Source of the DNA: a virus
Taxonomy: Duplodnaviria; Heunggongvirae; Uroviricota; Caudoviricetes
IMG/VR virus record: IMGVR_UViG_3300042691_025398
Coordinates: 119,814 to 183,813 of that record
Length of the DNA stretch: 64,000 bases
Direction: 5' to 3' (one strand)
The translations under genes were made by a program, and so were the position numbers. A model generated the notes under the pieces. It did no database searches. It worked only from the letters and a program-made list of their open reading frames with translations, and was not told where the DNA came from. Positions 62,624-64,000 of the stretch are shown here, piece after piece (position 1 is the stretch's first letter; the number at the start of each line of letters is the position of its first letter).

Positions 62624-63537
62624 AGGCTGGTCAATTCAATAAGAGTTGCGGATAAATTAATTTCTTGGTCGGCTACCAAGGGAATGTTGGCAATGCCATT
62701 GCGTATGTACACAATGGCTTGATCTTGTTTGTCCTGTTCTTTACTCCAAAGATCAAGATTATCATACATCCATCTAAACACTTCTTCTGCTTCTTCCGGA
62801 CGTATACTTCCACAGATCAACTTGCGTGCCTCGGTCACACGATTGGCCTTCAGCAGTGACACAGCGTCAACTTTCCAATCTGTACCATGAGTTTCGTCGC
62901 CGCGAGGCGCAACCAAGGTGCCTGTGGTTGCGTTCTGCTGGCAAAGATTCAAACACTTGCGAAGATCAGGGTATGTGGCCTTGACGTAGGTGTCCAGTGT
63001 GTCAAGTTCAAACTCAATGTTTTCGGTTACCAGCACAGTGGCCACTCTAGCAGTGAACTCAGTGATGTCTGTGCGTTCTATGTGGAAGCCTTGACATCTG
63101 CTGTGCAGTGCGGGAATGATTCGATTGGGATAGTTGCAGGTTAGAATAAATCTTGCTGTGGCATGATAGGTTTCCATCACTCCACGCAGCGCGGCCTGTC
63201 CATTGGGCGTGATATAATCTGCCTCGTCCAGCAATACCACTTTGAAGTTACCAAAGGGCATGGTCTGCACAAAGCCTGTGATCTTGGCTCTCACTGTGTC
63301 CACGTTGTTTTCTCGACTGGCATTGATCTCTAGCACATCATATTCATCAATGTCCAGTTCATTGATCAATACTCTTGCCAGTGTGGTTTTGCCCACACCT
63401 GGTGAACCAGAAAACAACAAGTGCGGAATAGCACCACTGTCTATCCAGCTTTGTACCTGCTGTCGCTGGGCGTCATCACGAAACACATAGTCTGTGAGCT
63501 TGCGAGGACGATAAGTCTCACTCCAAAGATTTTTCAT
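62620..63537 (-). CDS. clamp loader AAA+ subunit (RFC small / T4 gp44-like)
   Basis: W.E.YRP, GSPGVGKTT, EINAS, LLDEAD and SRC motif. Confidence 0.92.
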   Translation of the reverse strand: MKNLWSETYRPRKLTDYVFRDDAQRQQVQSWIDSGAIPHLLFSGSPGVGKTTLARVLINELDIDEYDVLEINASRENNVDTVRAKITGFVQTMPFGNFKVVLLDEADYITPNGQAALRGVMETYHATARFILTCNYPNRIIPALHSRCQGFHIERTDITEFTARVATVLVTENIEFELDTLDTYVKATYPDLRKCLNLCQQNATTGTLVAPRGDETHGTDWKVDAVSLLKANRVTEARKLICGSIRPEEAEEVFRWMYDNLDLWSKEQDKQDQAIVYIRNGIANIPLVADQEINLSATLIELTSL

Positions 63538-63561
63538 ACGAATCCTATCTGAATAAACGCT

Positions 63562-63590
63562 AGTGTACAGGAATTGTGAACAAAAGTCAA
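63562..63590 (-). promoter_or_regulatory. sigma70-type promoter
   Basis: TTGACT-N17-TACACT. Confidence 0.65.
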
Positions 63591-63591
63591 A

Positions 63592-63999
63592 TCAGTTTGG
63601 TAACTGACCAGTGTCAAGATATCTATGAAAGCTGAGTCGATTGGTAATGGTACCGCGATTGTACTGACTCCATGCTTGATCACCTAGGCCAAATATCACA
63701 CACTGACTGGGCACAACACCCAGAGTTTCACAAAACTCCAATTGTTGATCACGATACTGTGTGAAAACCCAGTCTGGACTCACACGATTCATGAGTTCAA
63801 TACCCAAGCCACAGGCCACGCGATTCACATAGCCGCTTTTGTGATTGACAAAACCTGGATCATCGTCGTCTTTGCGTGTGAGTCGCATGCCTATGCGAGC
63901 ATGTGCCACGGGAAAGCTTTTGCTAAGACTGAAACTCACTGCTTGTATGCACTCATAATCAAGATTGAAATCCAGGCCTGAACAGATGCCAAAATAGGC
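63592..63999 (-). CDS. fold-type-I PLP-dependent enzyme, 5'-partial
   Basis: Frame is open to the right edge: AYFGICSG...VSFSLSKSF...RIG, with the PLP Lys in SLSK. Confidence 0.65.
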   Translation of the reverse strand, partial: AYFGICSGLDFNLDYECIQAVSFSLSKSFPVAHARIGMRLTRKDDDDPGFVNHKSGYVNRVACGLGIELMNRVSPDWVFTQYRDQQLEFCETLGVVPSQCVIFGLGDQAWSQYNRGTITNRLSFHRYLDTGQLPN

Positions 64000-64000
64000 C

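Noticed and set aside
1-64000. Numerous plus-strand or nested ORFs in the track (e.g. 288-560, 22087-22860, 45419-45925, 57798-58214)
   Set aside because: They are antisense or frame shadows of well-supported genes, with no motifs or RBS.
1-64000. Stop-codon reassignment as in some jumbo phages
   Set aside because: Long genes are intact in the standard code, and TAG, TGA and TAA all end real genes (e.g. TAG at 50244, TGA overlaps).
1-64000. tRNA, rRNA, tmRNA or CRISPR array
   Set aside because: No cloverleaf with a T-loop or regularly spaced repeats was seen. Intergenic gaps are mostly under 100 nt.

Overview
This is a 64-kb internal segment of a large T4-like (myovirus/jumbo-type) dsDNA phage genome. 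It is densely coded, almost entirely on the minus strand, and reads in the standard genetic code. A Gram-negative host is inferred from the spanin-like pair. Left to right: (1) 1-20 kb is an accessory-metabolism region with a scattered 7-deazaguanine DNA-modification pathway (QueE, QueD, FolE, a second QueD-fold DpdL-like protein, a TGT-fold DpdA-like transglycosylase), interleaved with a PRTase, two NTP pyrophosphatases, an NAD-dependent epimerase, glycosyltransferases, a Rieske oxygenase and a PBP-type peptidase. No QueC is visible in this window. (2) 19.7-25.4 kb holds replication genes (clamp-like protein, family B polymerase). (3) 26.5-43.8 kb is a block of probable virion-cargo proteins. 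Many start with an M-[RK]-A-x-E-F motif resembling the T4 internal-protein capsid-targeting sequence, and several look like polyproteins of modules separated by hydrophobic-x-Glu sites, some hiding Tat/Sec/lipoprotein-type signal peptides behind those sites. (4) ClpA and DnaJ-like chaperone genes are followed by a lysis cassette. (5) 52.7-62.3 kb is a sulfation/oxygenase cluster, followed by PhoH and the clamp loader. I also report two candidate structured RNAs (a queD leader with an anti-SD stem, and a three-hairpin element at 26.4 kb) and a recurring leaderless promoter-ATG geometry. No tRNA, rRNA, CRISPR array, intron or intein was recognised. All family calls come from motif recognition by eye, not from database searches.
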